DNA of 64,000 bases, taken from positions 110,112,001 to 110,176,000 of the forward strand of contig CM059426.1 of the NCBI GenBank assembly GCA_030390025.1, written 5' to 3'. The translations under genes were made by a program, and so were the position numbers. This stretch comes from Squalus acanthias (Eukaryota). Shown piece by piece: positions 63,061 through 64,000 of this stretch (position 1 is the first letter of the stretch; every line of letters starts with the position of its first letter). The notes below the pieces were generated by a model. The model was not told the origin of the DNA. It was given only the letters and a program-made list of their open reading frames with translations, and searched no databases.

Positions 63061-63680
63061 TCCCCTGGCTTTCTCCGCACGGAGCCAAGGAAAGTGTGAC
63101 GGTGCAGGCTGCAGCTATTTGATCGAGTGCGCATGTCCGGTGCCAAATGGACGCGCATGCGGGGGGAGAGAGTCAAAAATGCGTTGCAAACAATCACTCT
63201 GTATATTTTCAAGGTACAAATTGGTAAAATATAACATAGTCAGGTGAGATACCACATAATTAGGGGTGTGGGGCAACATGGATATCAGCAACTTGCTAAG
63301 GTGCTGGACTCTGCCTTCACAGAAGCAAATATTTGCACTAAAATTTTATGACTGTTAATTACATTTTAAATACCATGACATCATAGAGAATTTTAACCTA
63401 ACCCGCCAAAAGTCGATGGAAAGTAAAATCGGGCAGGGTGTAAAACGAGTGGCAGATCCAACTCTGTCAGTTTCCCCGTGGGCTGACCATACTGCTCAGC
63501 CTTGACTAAATGTTTCATGATGAACTTGTTGTCCAGGTAACCATTTTGAGTGAGGATTTCAAAAGAGACGATTGTGTTCAAAAAACCTCATAGAATTTTT
63601 AGGGGATGTTTCCTACATTATGACAGTGAATACACTTCAAAAGTGCTTTGGGACATCCTGAGGTCGTGAAAGGTGATAAT

Positions 63681-64000
63681 GGGCCGGATATTCTGATCCC
63701 TACAGGTGGGTACGCGCTGTGTACCCACCCGTAGGGGCATCGGAAATGCCAGTTTCAGGCATGCACTGCGCATGCGCTGGAAACCGGCATTTCCGATCTG
63801 TCAAGAAAGCTCTTGACAGATCCTCCGGCTGCCCGGGAGAAGGGCCTCTGCGGGCAGATAGTTCCGCTTTTTGGAGACCCTCCGCCCGCAGAAAACCCTT
63901 ACAATTCTTGCGCCTGGTAAAAGTAGGCGTAAGGCCTGCTTTTACCAGGATAAGAGTTGAAAAAAAAGTTTTAAAAAAAAAATTCCACTGATTTATCATT
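63681..64000. mobile_element. Left end of a Harbinger-type MITE (runs off the window)
   Basis: Starts gggccggatattc, similar to the other TIRs; contains subterminal hairpins. Confidence 0.55.

Noticed and set aside
62478-63212. 115-244-aa G/E/R- or S/P/L-rich ORFs
   Set aside because: They arise from stop-poor CT-rich tandem sequence.

Overview
Repeat-dominated, apparently intergenic or intronic eukaryotic DNA. The CR1/HER1-type LINE tails and the repeat repertoire suggest a cartilaginous fish (inference). No host protein-coding gene is confidently recognisable. Contents: more than a dozen CR1-clade LINE copies or fragments; L2 and Tx1/L1 remnants; one structurally complete but decayed PIF/Harbinger transposon (convergent DDE transposase and Myb/SANT partner) with many Harbinger-type MITEs; an internally deleted endogenous retrovirus (LTR, tRNA-Trp PBS, splice donor, gag-UAG-pro); and two Penelope-like element (PLE) families carrying minimal hammerhead ribozymes (HHRs). 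Most notable: (i) a spacer-less ~932-bp palindrome made from a PLE 3' end, with an HHR in each arm and a 12-bp TSD; (ii) several 120-260-bp HHR-bearing PLE mini-insertions, three with TSDs; (iii) an ERV whose Gag shows a myristoylation-type start, a PSAP motif and an amber-readthrough junction but no zinc knuckle; (iv) a CR1 insertion capped at both ends by its own 3' tail. Everything was read by eye; repeat boundaries are approximate unless TSD/TIR coordinates are given.
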